DNA of 64,000 bases from Actinomycetota bacterium (GCA_035519495.1 DATIWE010000074.1:12323-76322); one strand, 5' to 3'; counted from the stretch's first letter, positions 28,850 to 38,803 are shown. Program-made: numbers and translations. Notes: generated by a model from the sequence alone, not told the origin.

Positions 28850-29239
28850 TCACATCATCTGCTTCATCAGCTCCAGGACCTTCGCGTTGTTGTCCGTCAC
28901 GATGACCGGCCGCGAGTCCGTCGCCAAGTAGATCGCGCGGACGTTAACGCCGGCGTTCGCGATCGAGCGCGCCATCGCGCCCATCGTGCCGGGCTCGTCG
29001 CTGTCCGGAACGGTCGGGCCGACGATCGCCTCGGCCTCCCCCTCCACCTTGACGCCCGCGCCCTCGAGCGCGGCGCGCGCAGCTCCGCCGTCTTCGACGC
29101 ACACGTGCACGATGCCCCGGCCCTCGGACCCGATGCCGCAGAGGCCTTCGATATTGATTCCGGCGTTCCCGAGCGCCTCGCCGATGGCGGCCAGACCGCC
29201 CGGCTTGTCCTCCACGGAGATCGTCAGATCCGTCGACAT
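28850..29239 (-). CDS. ACT domain-containing protein (tandem ACT)
   Basis: 129 aa. Two repeats of the type V.DKPGGLA.I...L...GINI. Confidence 0.65.
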   Translation of the reverse strand: MSTDLTISVEDKPGGLAAIGEALGNAGINIEGLCGIGSEGRGIVHVCVEDGGAARAALEGAGVKVEGEAEAIVGPTVPDSDEPGTMGAMARSIANAGVNVRAIYLATDSRPVIVTDNNAKVLELMKQMM

Positions 29240-29362
29240 GCCTGCCCTTCCTTCCTATCCAGGGTGCTCTGGGATACGCCACCCGCGCCGTCCGGTCAAA
29301 TCGAGCCGCCGAGCATGCGATATGCGACCATCCGGTACCGACGAACGAGAGAGGGGATCGCG

Positions 29363-29620
29363 ATGCGTCAGCCGGACGGCGGAGGGTCGGGGTCGAACGC
29401 CAAGATGAGCGGCGGAGCGATCGCCTCGCTCACCGGCCTCGGCGTCCTGGTCATCTTCATGATCCAAAACACCGCGGAGACGACGTTCCACTTCCTGATC
29501 TGGAACTTCACATGGCCGCTGTGGCTCTACACGATCGTGGTGGCGGTGTTCGGCGCGATCGTCTGGCTCGGGCTCGGCGTCCTGCGCCGGCATCGCCGCC
29601 GCAAGGCCCGGCGAAGCTGA
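29363..29620 (+). CDS. LapA/DUF1049 family membrane protein
   Basis: ATG 29363 after GAGAGAGGGG. NTAETTFHFLIWNFTWPLWLYTIVVAVFGAIVW followed by a basic tail. Confidence 0.65.
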   Translation: MRQPDGGGSGSNAKMSGGAIASLTGLGVLVIFMIQNTAETTFHFLIWNFTWPLWLYTIVVAVFGAIVWLGLGVLRRHRRRKARRS

Positions 29621-29623
29621 CGG

Positions 29624-30406
29624 CTACACGTTGGACCGGATCCTGCCCCCGTCGATCTGGTACACGGCGCCGGTGATGTAGGCGGCCCGCTCCGAGGCAA
29701 GGAAAGCCACCAGGCTCCCGACCTCGTCCGGATCGCCGAGACGTCCCGCGGGGATCGTCGCGGCGACGTGCGCCTGGATCGTCGCGTCGTCCACGCCGGG
29801 AGGTCCGACCAAGCTGTGGCGGATACGGTCGGTGAGGAAGATCCCCGGGAGCACGAGGTTGATCGTGATGCCGTCTTTCGCGAGGTCCGGCATGATCGCC
29901 TTCATCAGCCCGGCGATCCCGGGCCGGGTCCCGTTCGACAGATCGATGTTGTCCACGGGCTCCTTCACCGAACTGGACTGGATCCCCACGATGCGCCCCC
30001 ACTTCTTCTCGCGCATGTGCGGCACGACCTCGCGAACGAAGCGCACGAAGTTCAGGGTGACGACCGCGAAGGCCTCGAGCCAGTCCTCGTCCGTGAAGTC
30101 GCCGAACCGGCCCGGCTTGGGTCCACCCGAGTTATCGACCAGCACGTCGACGCCGCCGAACCGCTCGACCGTTGCCGCGACGACGTCCCGGACCCCCTCC
30201 GCGGTCGAGAGGTCGGCCGCGACGGCGAGCACGTCGGCGTGGGTCTCGCCACGGACCTCTTCCGCGGTCGCCTCCAGATCCGCTTCGGTCCGCGCGCAGA
30301 TCGTGACCCGCGCGCCTTCGCGAGCGAGCGCGAGTGCCGACGCCTTGCCGAGCCCCTTGCTGGATGCCGCGACCAGCGCGACCTTGCCGTTCAGACCCAG
30401 ATCCAC
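29624..30406 (-). CDS. SDR family oxidoreductase
   Basis: 260 aa. Cofactor motif GKVALVAASSKGLGKA. Classical SDR length. Confidence 0.85.
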   Translation of the reverse strand: MDLGLNGKVALVAASSKGLGKASALALAREGARVTICARTEADLEATAEEVRGETHADVLAVAADLSTAEGVRDVVAATVERFGGVDVLVDNSGGPKPGRFGDFTDEDWLEAFAVVTLNFVRFVREVVPHMREKKWGRIVGIQSSSVKEPVDNIDLSNGTRPGIAGLMKAIMPDLAKDGITINLVLPGIFLTDRIRHSLVGPPGVDDATIQAHVAATIPAGRLGDPDEVGSLVAFLASERAAYITGAVYQIDGGRIRSNV

Positions 30407-30423
30407 GGAACCTCCCCGGGTGC

Positions 30424-30705
30424 TCAGTGCTTCCGCAGACGATCCATCTCGTGCCGGATCTTGTCCTCGTCCTCGTCGCTCCGGAAGAAGACGTCCCAGG
30501 CGTTAACGGCGACCGCGATCCCCCATCCCACGATCACGAAGACCGGCCAGAAGGAGCCACGGCTGCCGCTTGCCCAGATCACGACCAGGAACACGTTCAC
30601 CGCGAGGTAGACGAGGAGATGGACGACGAAGTCCCGGCGGCGCTTCAGCCGTTCGATGGCCCTGCCCCGCAGGGCCTCGTCCCCGGTCGGATCCGCGGCG
30701 CCCAT
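30424..30705 (-). CDS. 2TM domain-containing protein
   Basis: 93 aa. RRRDFVVHLLVYLAVNVFLVVIW..FWPVFVIVGWGIAVAVNAW. Confidence 0.7.
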   Translation of the reverse strand: MGAADPTGDEALRGRAIERLKRRRDFVVHLLVYLAVNVFLVVIWASGSRGSFWPVFVIVGWGIAVAVNAWDVFFRSDEDEDKIRHEMDRLRKH

Positions 30706-30846
30706 CGAACGGCGAAACTACCCCCGCCCCCTCGCGCGGTGCAATGGCTCCCCGGCGCATCTCGGATGAAGGGAAGGGGAACTCCTCGAGCGTTCCGCTC
30801 GCCGCTTCGGCTACCGTCCGGCTGACCGAGGAAGGAGACCGCTCGG

Positions 30847-31233
30847 ATGCCCATCGAACCCGCAGCCGACCATCCGACGTTCGAGCTGGGCGGGAACGCG
30901 ATCACGAGCTATATCGCGCCGGATCGCGGCGGCGTCGAGTGCGTCCTGTACCGGGTTGACACGCCGCCCGGCGTCGGGCTCCCGCCCCACCACCACGACC
31001 GTCTCGACACGTTCCTGGTCGTCGCGGGCGGCGGGCTGTGGCACATGGACGACGACGCCACCGAGCGCGCGACCGGGGACTCCGTCGTCGTGCCGGTCGG
31101 CGTCCGCCACTACCTCGAAGCGGGGCCGGAGGGCTGCTCCTTCCTCGTGACGATGCTCGTCGACACGAAGATGTTCCTGGACGACGGCACGGTGTTCGTG
31201 CCGTCGTGGGTGGGTTCCGAGCACCGATCCTGA
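30847..31233 (+). CDS. cupin domain protein
   Basis: 128 aa. Metal motif PPHHHDRLDTFLVVAGG..VVVPVGVRHY. Confidence 0.7.
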   Translation: MPIEPAADHPTFELGGNAITSYIAPDRGGVECVLYRVDTPPGVGLPPHHHDRLDTFLVVAGGGLWHMDDDATERATGDSVVVPVGVRHYLEAGPEGCSFLVTMLVDTKMFLDDGTVFVPSWVGSEHRS

Positions 31234-31248
31234 AAGCGAGGTCCCTCG

Positions 31249-31758
31249 ATGGGTGACGTGAAACGGTTCGATGCATCGCAAGGCCCGCGGATCGTCGGCC
31301 CACGCGACGGCCCCTCCGTCGAGCTCGCGGCGATCTCCGCCCGTTTCATGGTGTGGGGCGAGGAGTCGGGCGGCGGGTTCGCGCTGGTCGAGCACCCGAT
31401 CCCGCCGCGCACCCTCGCTGCGCCGATCCACCGTCACTCGCGCGAGGACGAGTACAGCTACGTCCTCGAGGGCAGGCTCGGCGCGCTGCTCGGCGACGAT
31501 GTCGTCTACGCGGAAGCGGGCGATCTCGCCTTCAAGCCGCGCGATCAGTGGCACACGTTCTGGAACGCCGGCGACACCGAGTGCCGGATCCTCGAGATCA
31601 TCTCGCCGGCGACGTTCGAGCACTACTTCGAGGGGTTGCCGCCCGATCCGGCGGCGCGACCGGCTCATGCCGCGGCGTACGGACTCGAGACCGACCTGGA
31701 TCGCGTGGAAGGGCTCTGCCGGGAGCACGGCCTGCGGTTCCCGCCGCTGATCCCGTGA
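31249..31758 (+). CDS. cupin domain protein
   Basis: 169 aa. PIHRHSREDEYSYVLEG..FKPRDQWHTFWN. Confidence 0.7.
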   Translation: MGDVKRFDASQGPRIVGPRDGPSVELAAISARFMVWGEESGGGFALVEHPIPPRTLAAPIHRHSREDEYSYVLEGRLGALLGDDVVYAEAGDLAFKPRDQWHTFWNAGDTECRILEIISPATFEHYFEGLPPDPAARPAHAAAYGLETDLDRVEGLCREHGLRFPPLIP

Positions 31759-31762
31759 GGCG

Positions 31763-31975
31763 TCACTCCGGTCGGCGGAGCGACACCACCATGTTGACGA
31801 CGCGGGTCGCGAGTACTTCCTCGCCGGGCTGCAGGTCGGCGGGGACGCTCTCGGGCCCGAGCCGCGCTTGCGCGACCGAGCGGTCCCGGTACGCGATCGT
31901 CACGTCCTGGTAGCGCACACCGTGCAGGTCGAACGGGCGAACCTCGACGACGACGGCTTCCTGCTCGCCGAGCAC
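31763..31975 (-). CDS. hypothetical 70-aa protein
   Basis: GTG at 31973-31975, 2 nt after the VOC stop. GC3 very high. No family recognised. Confidence 0.4.
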   Translation of the reverse strand: MLGEQEAVVVEVRPFDLHGVRYQDVTIAYRDRSVAQARLGPESVPADLQPGEEVLATRVVNMVVSLRRPE

Positions 31976-31977
31976 GG

Positions 31978-32367
31978 CTACCCGTCGGGTGGACGGGGCG
32001 CCAGCACGCAGAACTCGTTGCCCTCGGGGTCGGCCAGGACGACCCACGGCTCCTCGCCGGTCTGCCCGATCTCGGCGTGGGTCGCGCCGAGGGCAATCAA
32101 GCGGTCGACCGTGACCTGCTGATCCGCGGGACGCAGGTCGAGGTGCAGCCGGTTCTTCACGACCTTCTCGTCCGGCACCTTCACGAACAACAGATCGGGC
32201 GACACGTCGGTCTCGGGACTCCCCTCCGGCGGCTCGAGCGCGCACTCGGCGTCGCTCGAGAAGGTCACGCGCCAGCCGAGCGCCGCGGCCCAGAAGCGCG
32301 CGAGCCCGTGCGGGTCCGCACAGTCGATGACGACGCACTGGATCCGGATCGGCGGCTCGGTCGGCAT
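31978..32367 (-). CDS. VOC (glyoxalase/bleomycin-resistance fold) family protein
   Basis: 129 aa. IQCVVIDCADPHGLARFWAAALGW..HLDL..DPEGNEFCV. Confidence 0.8.
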   Translation of the reverse strand: MPTEPPIRIQCVVIDCADPHGLARFWAAALGWRVTFSSDAECALEPPEGSPETDVSPDLLFVKVPDEKVVKNRLHLDLRPADQQVTVDRLIALGATHAEIGQTGEEPWVVLADPEGNEFCVLAPRPPDG

Positions 32368-32430
32368 GCGTGCAGGCTACACACTCACCCGGCGACGTCG
32401 AGCGCCGACAGCGCCTGGCGGAACCACCCT

Positions 32431-32850
32431 GTGGATGGCGTTGATCCCGACGTGTTCGCGGGACGTGACCCCGCCAGGCGACAAGCCTGGGAAGGACGAC
32501 TCGACGCCAGATCGAGGAGACGCGTCGAAGGCGCGATCAAGAACGGGGACAGGCTCGATGAACCTGTCCTCGAGCCACTCGTCTACGGCTTGATCGCACG
32601 GAGACGGAGGCAGCATCGCTGGCGGGTGCTGCATGCCGTGATCTTGTTCGTCGTCGGTGTCCGGGGCCTGGCAACGACCGTCATCCGGCCGAGTCCGCTC
32701 GGCTGGTTTCTGGATCGCTCTTCTCGTCATCCTCGCCACGGTCGTCCCGTTCAAGCTCCGATCGGAACGTCGAGCTCTGGACAGAGCGGAGGAAGCGCAA
32801 ACAACCACGCCCTCGTAGCCTTACGGTGTGGTATCACCCGGCGGACGTAG
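32431..32850 (+). pseudogene. possible frameshifted small two-TM membrane protein gene
   Basis: Frame A (GTG 32431) has reasonable GC3 up to about 32700, then degrades. The +1 frame continues with a clean TM and tail GFWIALLVILATVVPFKLRSERRALDRAEEAQTTTPS ending at TAG 32816-32818. Confidence 0.3.
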
Positions 32851-32859
32851 CATCCGGTC

Positions 32860-33741
32860 GTGGCAGGAACCGGACACGACGCGCGTCATGTCCTCACCGA
32901 CGGACGCGTCATCGAGTACTGGGAGGGGGGCGACCCCGACGGGCGCGGTGTGATCCTCCATCCCGGTACCCCCGTCACGCGGGTGTTGGGACGCTGGGGC
33001 CACGACGCCGCCGTCTCCGCCGGGGTGCGGCTGGTGGCAGTGAGCCGTCCCGGGTACGGGGGCTCGACGACCATCGAGACGCCGGGCCTTTCGGCCGTCG
33101 GACGAGACACCGCCGCCCTCGCCGCGCATCTCGGCCTCGACGGATACGCCGTCTTCGGGACCTCGGGAGGAGGGCCGTTCGCCGTGGCCACCGCGATCGC
33201 CGACCCGGGCGGCATCCGCGCCCTGGGCGTGGTGGGCGGCGTCGGACCGTGGCGCCAGCTGGACGAGGCGACATCCCTCCTCGAGGACCGCGCGTTGCTC
33301 GCGCTCCTGGATGCCGGAGACATCGCGGCCGCATGGGCCGGGCTCTCTCGGCAGACGGAGGAGGAGCTGGGCGGCCTTTCCCCGGACGACGCCGTCGAGG
33401 TGATGTTCGCCGGCGAGGAGAGCTGGCTGCTCCACGACGAGCGGTACCGTGCGATCTGGACCGACAACATGCGCGTGGTGTTGGACAACCTCGACGGCTA
33501 CGTGTCCGACAACCTCGCGTGGGGCGGCATCTGGGACGTCGACCCGCGCGACGTCGAGACACCGAGCCTCCTGTGGTACGGCGAAGAGGACGAGCACTGT
33601 CCTCCCATCACCCACGGGCGGTGGTACGCCGACCGGATCTCGGGCTCGCAGCTGATCGTGTTCCCCGGCGAGGGGCACTTCGATGTGATCGACACCCACT
33701 GGCCCGAGGTGCTGGCCGGTCTCCTCCGCATCTGGAACTGA
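32860..33741 (+). CDS. alpha/beta hydrolase
   Basis: 293 aa with GTG start. Nucleophile elbow VFGTSGGGP. C-terminal GEGHF His region. Confidence 0.8.
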   Translation: MAGTGHDARHVLTDGRVIEYWEGGDPDGRGVILHPGTPVTRVLGRWGHDAAVSAGVRLVAVSRPGYGGSTTIETPGLSAVGRDTAALAAHLGLDGYAVFGTSGGGPFAVATAIADPGGIRALGVVGGVGPWRQLDEATSLLEDRALLALLDAGDIAAAWAGLSRQTEEELGGLSPDDAVEVMFAGEESWLLHDERYRAIWTDNMRVVLDNLDGYVSDNLAWGGIWDVDPRDVETPSLLWYGEEDEHCPPITHGRWYADRISGSQLIVFPGEGHFDVIDTHWPEVLAGLLRIWN

Positions 33742-33825
33742 GACCGGCCCGCCCAGCTTCTGACGGGCTTGACGGTCGCGGCAACCGCCGTCAAGTATCC
33801 GATCGATCTTATCGAGAGGAGTCTC

Positions 33826-34911
33826 ATGATCGACGCAGATACGCAGCGCGACGAACTCGTTGGCCGGTTGTTCTCCGCGGGCCTCGGGATGGCGGAGGTG
33901 TTGACCGTCTACCTGGGCGACACCCTCGGGCTCTACAGGGCCATCGAACGAGCGGGCTCGATGACGCCCCCCGAGTTGGCGAACGCAACAGGGATCTTCG
34001 AGCGATACGCGAGGGAGTGGCTCGAGCAACAGGCCGCCGCCGGGATCCTGTCCGTCGACGACGTGTCGGCGCTCGCCGACGCACGCCGGTACCACCTCCC
34101 GCCGGGTCACATCGAGCCGCTCCTGGATCCCGAGAGCCCGTACTCGATCGCGCCGTTCTGCAAGTCGTTCGTCGCGGTATCCGGGGTCATGCCGGAGCTC
34201 GTCACCGCCTTCCGATCCGGAGGACCGGTCGACTGGAGTGCGTACGGCCGCGACATGATCGAGGCACAGGGTGACTTCAACCGGCCGTGGCTCGTCGGTT
34301 CGCTCGGCACGGAGTACCTCCCCTCGATCCCCGACATCCATGCACGGCTCATGAGCGACGGAGGCACGAGCATCGCCGACGTCGCGTGCGGCGTCGGCTG
34401 GGCCGCCATCTCGCTCGCCCGGGCGTATCCCAGCATCACCGTCGACGGCTTCGACCTCGACGAGGCATCGATCGAGATCGCGTCGCAGAACGCGGAAGCC
34501 GCCGGCGTCGCCGATCGGGTGCACTTCGAGGTGAAGGACGCCGCCGATCCCTCGCTCGAGGCCGGATACGACCTCGCGCTGGTGGTGGAGGCGATCCATG
34601 ATCTGTCGCAGCCCGTTCCGGTGTTGCGCTCGATCAGGGAGATGCTCAAGCCCGGCGGAACCCTGATCGTTGCCGACGAGCGAACCGAGGAGTCGTTCAC
34701 GGCCCCCGCCAGCGAGACGGAGCGACTCTTCTACGCCTACAGCGTCCTGTGCTGCCTGCCGTCTGCCATGGACGACCACACATCGGCCGCCACCGGCACG
34801 GTCATGCGAAGGACGACCTTCGAGGCGTACGCGAGAGAGGCCGGCTTCGACAGCGTCTCGGTCCTGCCGATCGAGCATGACTTCCTTCGCTTCTACCGTC
34901 TCGATCGGTAA
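33826..34911 (+). CDS. class I SAM-dependent methyltransferase with N-terminal winged-helix-like domain
   Basis: ATG 33826 after GAGAGGAG. SAM motif I IADVACGVGWAA. Post-I acidic residue in VDGFDLD. Confidence 0.8.
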   Translation: MIDADTQRDELVGRLFSAGLGMAEVLTVYLGDTLGLYRAIERAGSMTPPELANATGIFERYAREWLEQQAAAGILSVDDVSALADARRYHLPPGHIEPLLDPESPYSIAPFCKSFVAVSGVMPELVTAFRSGGPVDWSAYGRDMIEAQGDFNRPWLVGSLGTEYLPSIPDIHARLMSDGGTSIADVACGVGWAAISLARAYPSITVDGFDLDEASIEIASQNAEAAGVADRVHFEVKDAADPSLEAGYDLALVVEAIHDLSQPVPVLRSIREMLKPGGTLIVADERTEESFTAPASETERLFYAYSVLCCLPSAMDDHTSAATGTVMRRTTFEAYAREAGFDSVSVLPIEHDFLRFYRLDR

Positions 34912-34921
34912 CCGGAGCCCG

Positions 34922-36259
34922 ATGGAGGGGTCGGCCAGGGAACGTCGGGCGGCCGGGCGCGCGCTCCGCGCGACGGTCCCTCGATCCGCGCACGCCGATT
35001 GGAGCCCGCCACCCGGCCGGCCCGACCCGTTCGACGTCCTCGAGCGCCAAGCGTTGTCGCGTGTGCCGGAGCTGACACCGATCCGCTACGCCCGCATGGC
35101 GGAGTCGCCGTTCGCGTTCTTCCGGGGCGCCGCGGCGGTCATGGCCACCGACCTCGCCGCGACGCCCGACACCGGGATCCGCGTGCAGGCGTGCGGTGAC
35201 GCGCACGTCGACAACTTCGGCCTGTTCGCGAGCCCCGAGCGGAACCTCGTGTTCGACATCAACGATTTCGACGAAACGATCCCCGGTCCCTGGGAATGGG
35301 ACGTCAAGCGCCTCTGCGGGAGCCTGCACGTCGTCGCGCGCCAACGAGGCTTCTCGCGAGCGGCGTGCGACGGTGTGGTCCTCGCGGCGGCGCGCAGCTA
35401 TCGCGAGCGGGTCACCCAGTACTCCTCGTGGCGCGTGCTCGATCTCTGGTACGAGCGAACGGAGATCAAGGAGGTGATCGAACACTTCCCGAAGCGGTAC
35501 CGCTCACACGTTCGACGCGACGTCAGGCGGGCCCGGCACAAGGACCACCTCCGCGCGGTCGGGAAGCTGACGGAGATCGTCGACGGGCGGCGCCGCTTCA
35601 TCGAGGATCCACCGTTGATCGTGCACGTCGGCGACACGGAGTACGACGACGATGACGTCGCCGGAGTGATCGCCAGCTACCGGGCCAACCTCTCCGACGA
35701 CCGGCGGCACATGTTCGACCGGTACCGGTTGCTCGATGTGGCACGGAAGGTCGTCGGCGTCGGGAGCGTGGGGACACGGTGCTGGGTGGCGCTCCTCGAG
35801 GGTCGGGACGATCCCGAGCGCGATCTCATCGTGCTGCAGGTCAAGGAGGCGCAGCCCTCCGTGCTGGAGCCTTTCGTCGGAACCTCGCCGGTCGCGCATC
35901 AGGGCCAGCGGGTCGTCGCCGGCCAGCGGCTCATCCAGGCCGCGGGCGACGTCTTCCTGAGTTGGACGGAGGGCCCGAGGAGCGGTCACCAGTACTACGT
36001 TCGCCAGCTCTGGGACTCCAAGGGGCAGGGCGACCCGATGGTCATGGACCTCGACCACCTGAGCTATCACGGTGCGCTGTGTGCGTGGATCCTCGCGCGC
36101 TCGCACGCGCGGACGGGCGATGCCCTCCAGATCTCGGGCTACCTGGGCGCGGGATCGACGTTCGACGACGCCATCGCCGGCTTCGCCCGCCGGTACGCGG
36201 TGACGAACGAGTCGGATCACGCCGCGTTCCGCGACACCATCGCGAGCAAGGGGTCGTGA
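34922..36259 (+). CDS. DUF2252 domain protein (kinase-like), copy 1
   Basis: 445 aa. PFAFFRGAA, ACGDAHVDNFG, VFDINDFDE, VVGVGSVGTRCW. The start is 10 nt after the methyltransferase stop. Confidence 0.85.
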   Translation: MEGSARERRAAGRALRATVPRSAHADWSPPPGRPDPFDVLERQALSRVPELTPIRYARMAESPFAFFRGAAAVMATDLAATPDTGIRVQACGDAHVDNFGLFASPERNLVFDINDFDETIPGPWEWDVKRLCGSLHVVARQRGFSRAACDGVVLAAARSYRERVTQYSSWRVLDLWYERTEIKEVIEHFPKRYRSHVRRDVRRARHKDHLRAVGKLTEIVDGRRRFIEDPPLIVHVGDTEYDDDDVAGVIASYRANLSDDRRHMFDRYRLLDVARKVVGVGSVGTRCWVALLEGRDDPERDLIVLQVKEAQPSVLEPFVGTSPVAHQGQRVVAGQRLIQAAGDVFLSWTEGPRSGHQYYVRQLWDSKGQGDPMVMDLDHLSYHGALCAWILARSHARTGDALQISGYLGAGSTFDDAIAGFARRYAVTNESDHAAFRDTIASKGS

Positions 36260-36289
36260 CGAGGATCGGGGGACGCGCTTCGCTCCCGT

Positions 36290-37393
36290 TCACTCAAGGA
36301 CGGTCGTCGGCGCCGCGGCAGGATCGCCCTCGCCGGACAACGCCACGCGCGTGCGGATGAACCGACCTTTCCGGCGAAGCGCCGGCCGTTCGATCGCGAA
36401 CCACGACACCAAGACGGCGGCCGCCGTGAGCGCGTACTCGAACCCGAGCCTCGCGAAGAACGGGAGGGCGACCGCGCTCAGCGCCGCCACGATCGGCCAG
36501 TGGTACAGGTAGATCCCGTAGGAGACACGCCCGACCGCGGCCGCCGGACGCCACGCGAGCGCGCGTGCGATCGTCCCGCCCGGCAAGGCCACCAGGTGCG
36601 CGATCAGCGCCGCGGTCGCGACCGCCACGACGGTCGTCACGCCGTAGTCGCTCCACGTCCAGGGTGAGCGAACCATCGAGAGCAGGATGAACGCGCCGGC
36701 CAGCGTGAGCAGCCCCGCAACGCCGACCCAGGGACGGTCGGCGGCGCGGACCACGCGGTCGGGCTCGCGCGTGAAGACGATCGCGAGGATCGCGCCGATC
36801 ACCAGACAATCGGCTCGCGACGTCGTCCAGACGCTGAAGTTGAGCGTCGACGGCACGAACGGCGTCAGGACCGCCCGGAAGATGACGAGTCCGATCATCA
36901 CCTTCACCAGCACGGACACCGCGTCCGTCCGCCTCGCGAGCACCACCACGACGAACGGCCACAGCAGGTAGAACTGCTCCTCGATCGCGAGGCTCCACGT
37001 ATGCGACAGGAAGCCGAGGCTCACGCCGGCGGCCTCGACCCAGTTCCCGATGTAGAGCGCGACGGGAGGAACCGCGCGGGTGAGCGGGATGCCACCGTGG
37101 TTCGAACCGGTGAGGACCACCAGCACCACGCAGAGCGCGATCGCGCCGCCGAGCCCGGGGAGCAGACGCAGCGCCCGGCGCGCGTAGAACGCCCGGCGAT
37201 CGATCGCGTCGTTCGCCGCCAGCTCGCCGAGCAGCAGCGTCGTGATCAGGAAGCCGCTCAACGTGAAGAAGATCTCGACCCCGATGTAGCCGCCCGCGAC
37301 GTGGCGCAGGGAATGGAACACCACGACCATCACGATCGCGATCGCGCGCACGCCGTCGAGCGACCTGCTGCGCGGTCTCCGTTCGGTATCCAT
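36290..37393 (-). CDS. acyltransferase 3 family membrane protein
   Basis: ATG 37391-37393. LDGVRAIAIVMVVVFH and about 10 TM spans. Confidence 0.8.
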   Translation of the reverse strand: MDTERRPRSRSLDGVRAIAIVMVVVFHSLRHVAGGYIGVEIFFTLSGFLITTLLLGELAANDAIDRRAFYARRALRLLPGLGGAIALCVVLVVLTGSNHGGIPLTRAVPPVALYIGNWVEAAGVSLGFLSHTWSLAIEEQFYLLWPFVVVVLARRTDAVSVLVKVMIGLVIFRAVLTPFVPSTLNFSVWTTSRADCLVIGAILAIVFTREPDRVVRAADRPWVGVAGLLTLAGAFILLSMVRSPWTWSDYGVTTVVAVATAALIAHLVALPGGTIARALAWRPAAAVGRVSYGIYLYHWPIVAALSAVALPFFARLGFEYALTAAAVLVSWFAIERPALRRKGRFIRTRVALSGEGDPAAAPTTVLE

Positions 37394-37495
37394 CGGGCCT
37401 CTCGTCGCCGGTTCCCTGTCCCGAAGGTATCGGGCGTGGCCAACGTTCGGGTTGAGGAACCACGGGAACCTGGTTGAACGCCGTAGCATCCACCC

Positions 37496-38803
37496 ATGGC
37501 CGATCCGGCGACGGAGCTCCCCCTCGGCACCGAGCTCCCGGAAGGGACCCGGTTCATCGGCGCCCCGACCGGGATCGAGCCCGGATGGCTACCCGGGCGA
37601 GCCGCGCCGAGCGCGACGGACCTCAACAGCTGCGTCGCGTGCGGGCTCTGCCTGCCGCACTGCCCGACGTACCGGCTGACCGGCGAAGAGTCGGCGTCGC
37701 CGCGCGGGCGGATCGCGGCGATGCGGGCCGTGCAGGACGGCGTCGCGACGCCGGATGGGACGTTCGAGCGGTTCATGGACCTCTGCCTGGTATGCCGGGC
37801 GTGCGAGGACGTCTGCCCGTCGCACGTGCCGTTCGGCCGGATGATGGAGGCCGCGCGCGAACAGATCGAGCCGGAGCGGTCGCGCCGGTCGCGGCTCGTC
37901 CGCTGGCTGGGGTACCACTGGGTGCTCCCCCATCCGACGCTCGTCCGGGCCGCGGCCGCCGCGCAACCGATCGTCCGGCCGTTCCTGCCGGCGCGCACGC
38001 GGCGGCTCTTGCCGCGATCGACCAGCCCGTTCGCGCGGCTGCCGGCATCCAGCGAACCCTCACCGGACGTCGAGATGCGCGGGACCGTTGCACTCCTGGC
38101 CGGCTGCGTGCAGGACCGCTGGTTCCATCGGGTGAACCTCGCCACGATCCGCGTGCTGACCGGCAACGGCTGGCGGGTGCGGGTGCCGAGGTCCCAAGCG
38201 TGCTGCGGCGCGCTCGCGGCGCACAACGGGCGGCTCAGCGTCGCGCGTCGCCTCGCGTCGCGCGCCCGGCACGCGTTCGCCGACGCGGACGTCGTCGTCG
38301 TGAACGCCGCCGGCTGTTCGGCGCACATGAGGTCCTACGGGGAGCTGCGCCCGGGCACGGAGCTTCCCGTGAAGGATCTGCTGGAGTTCCTCGACGAGGA
38401 GGGACCCACCGCGGAGCTCGGGGAGCTGGACGCGACGGTCGCGTACCACGACGCGTGCCACGCGCTGCGCGCGCAGAAGATCTACAGCCAGCCGCGCGCG
38501 CTTCTCGGCCGGATCCCGGGACTTCGGCTCGTGGAGGTGCCCGACGGCGACCGGTGCTGCGGCGCGGCAGGGATCTACAACATCACGGAGCCTGAGACGG
38601 CCGGCGAACTAGGGAGCGCGAAGGCCGAGTCGGTCGCGTCCACCGGCGCGACGATCGTCGCCTCCGCGAACCCCGGGTGCTCGATGCAGCTCGCGGCCCA
38701 CCTCGCCGCGCTGGGGAGCGCCGTGGAGATCGTCCACCCGGTCGAGCTGCTGGACCGCGCGATGACGTCGGCCCGGTTCACCAGCTCGGCTGGCTCGCGC
38801 TGA
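37496..38803 (+). CDS. glcF: (Fe-S)-binding glycolate oxidase subunit GlcF
   Basis: 435 aa. Two ferredoxin-type clusters, CVACGLCLPHCPTY and CLVCRACEDVCPS. Two CCG-domain motifs, ACCGALAAH and RCCGAAGIY. Confidence 0.75.
   Translation: MADPATELPLGTELPEGTRFIGAPTGIEPGWLPGRAAPSATDLNSCVACGLCLPHCPTYRLTGEESASPRGRIAAMRAVQDGVATPDGTFERFMDLCLVCRACEDVCPSHVPFGRMMEAAREQIEPERSRRSRLVRWLGYHWVLPHPTLVRAAAAAQPIVRPFLPARTRRLLPRSTSPFARLPASSEPSPDVEMRGTVALLAGCVQDRWFHRVNLATIRVLTGNGWRVRVPRSQACCGALAAHNGRLSVARRLASRARHAFADADVVVVNAAGCSAHMRSYGELRPGTELPVKDLLEFLDEEGPTAELGELDATVAYHDACHALRAQKIYSQPRALLGRIPGLRLVEVPDGDRCCGAAGIYNITEPETAGELGSAKAESVASTGATIVASANPGCSMQLAAHLAALGSAVEIVHPVELLDRAMTSARFTSSAGSR

Noticed and set aside
32821-34878. 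685-aa minus-strand ORF
   Set aside because: It is antisense to the alpha/beta hydrolase and methyltransferase genes and has no recognisable domain.
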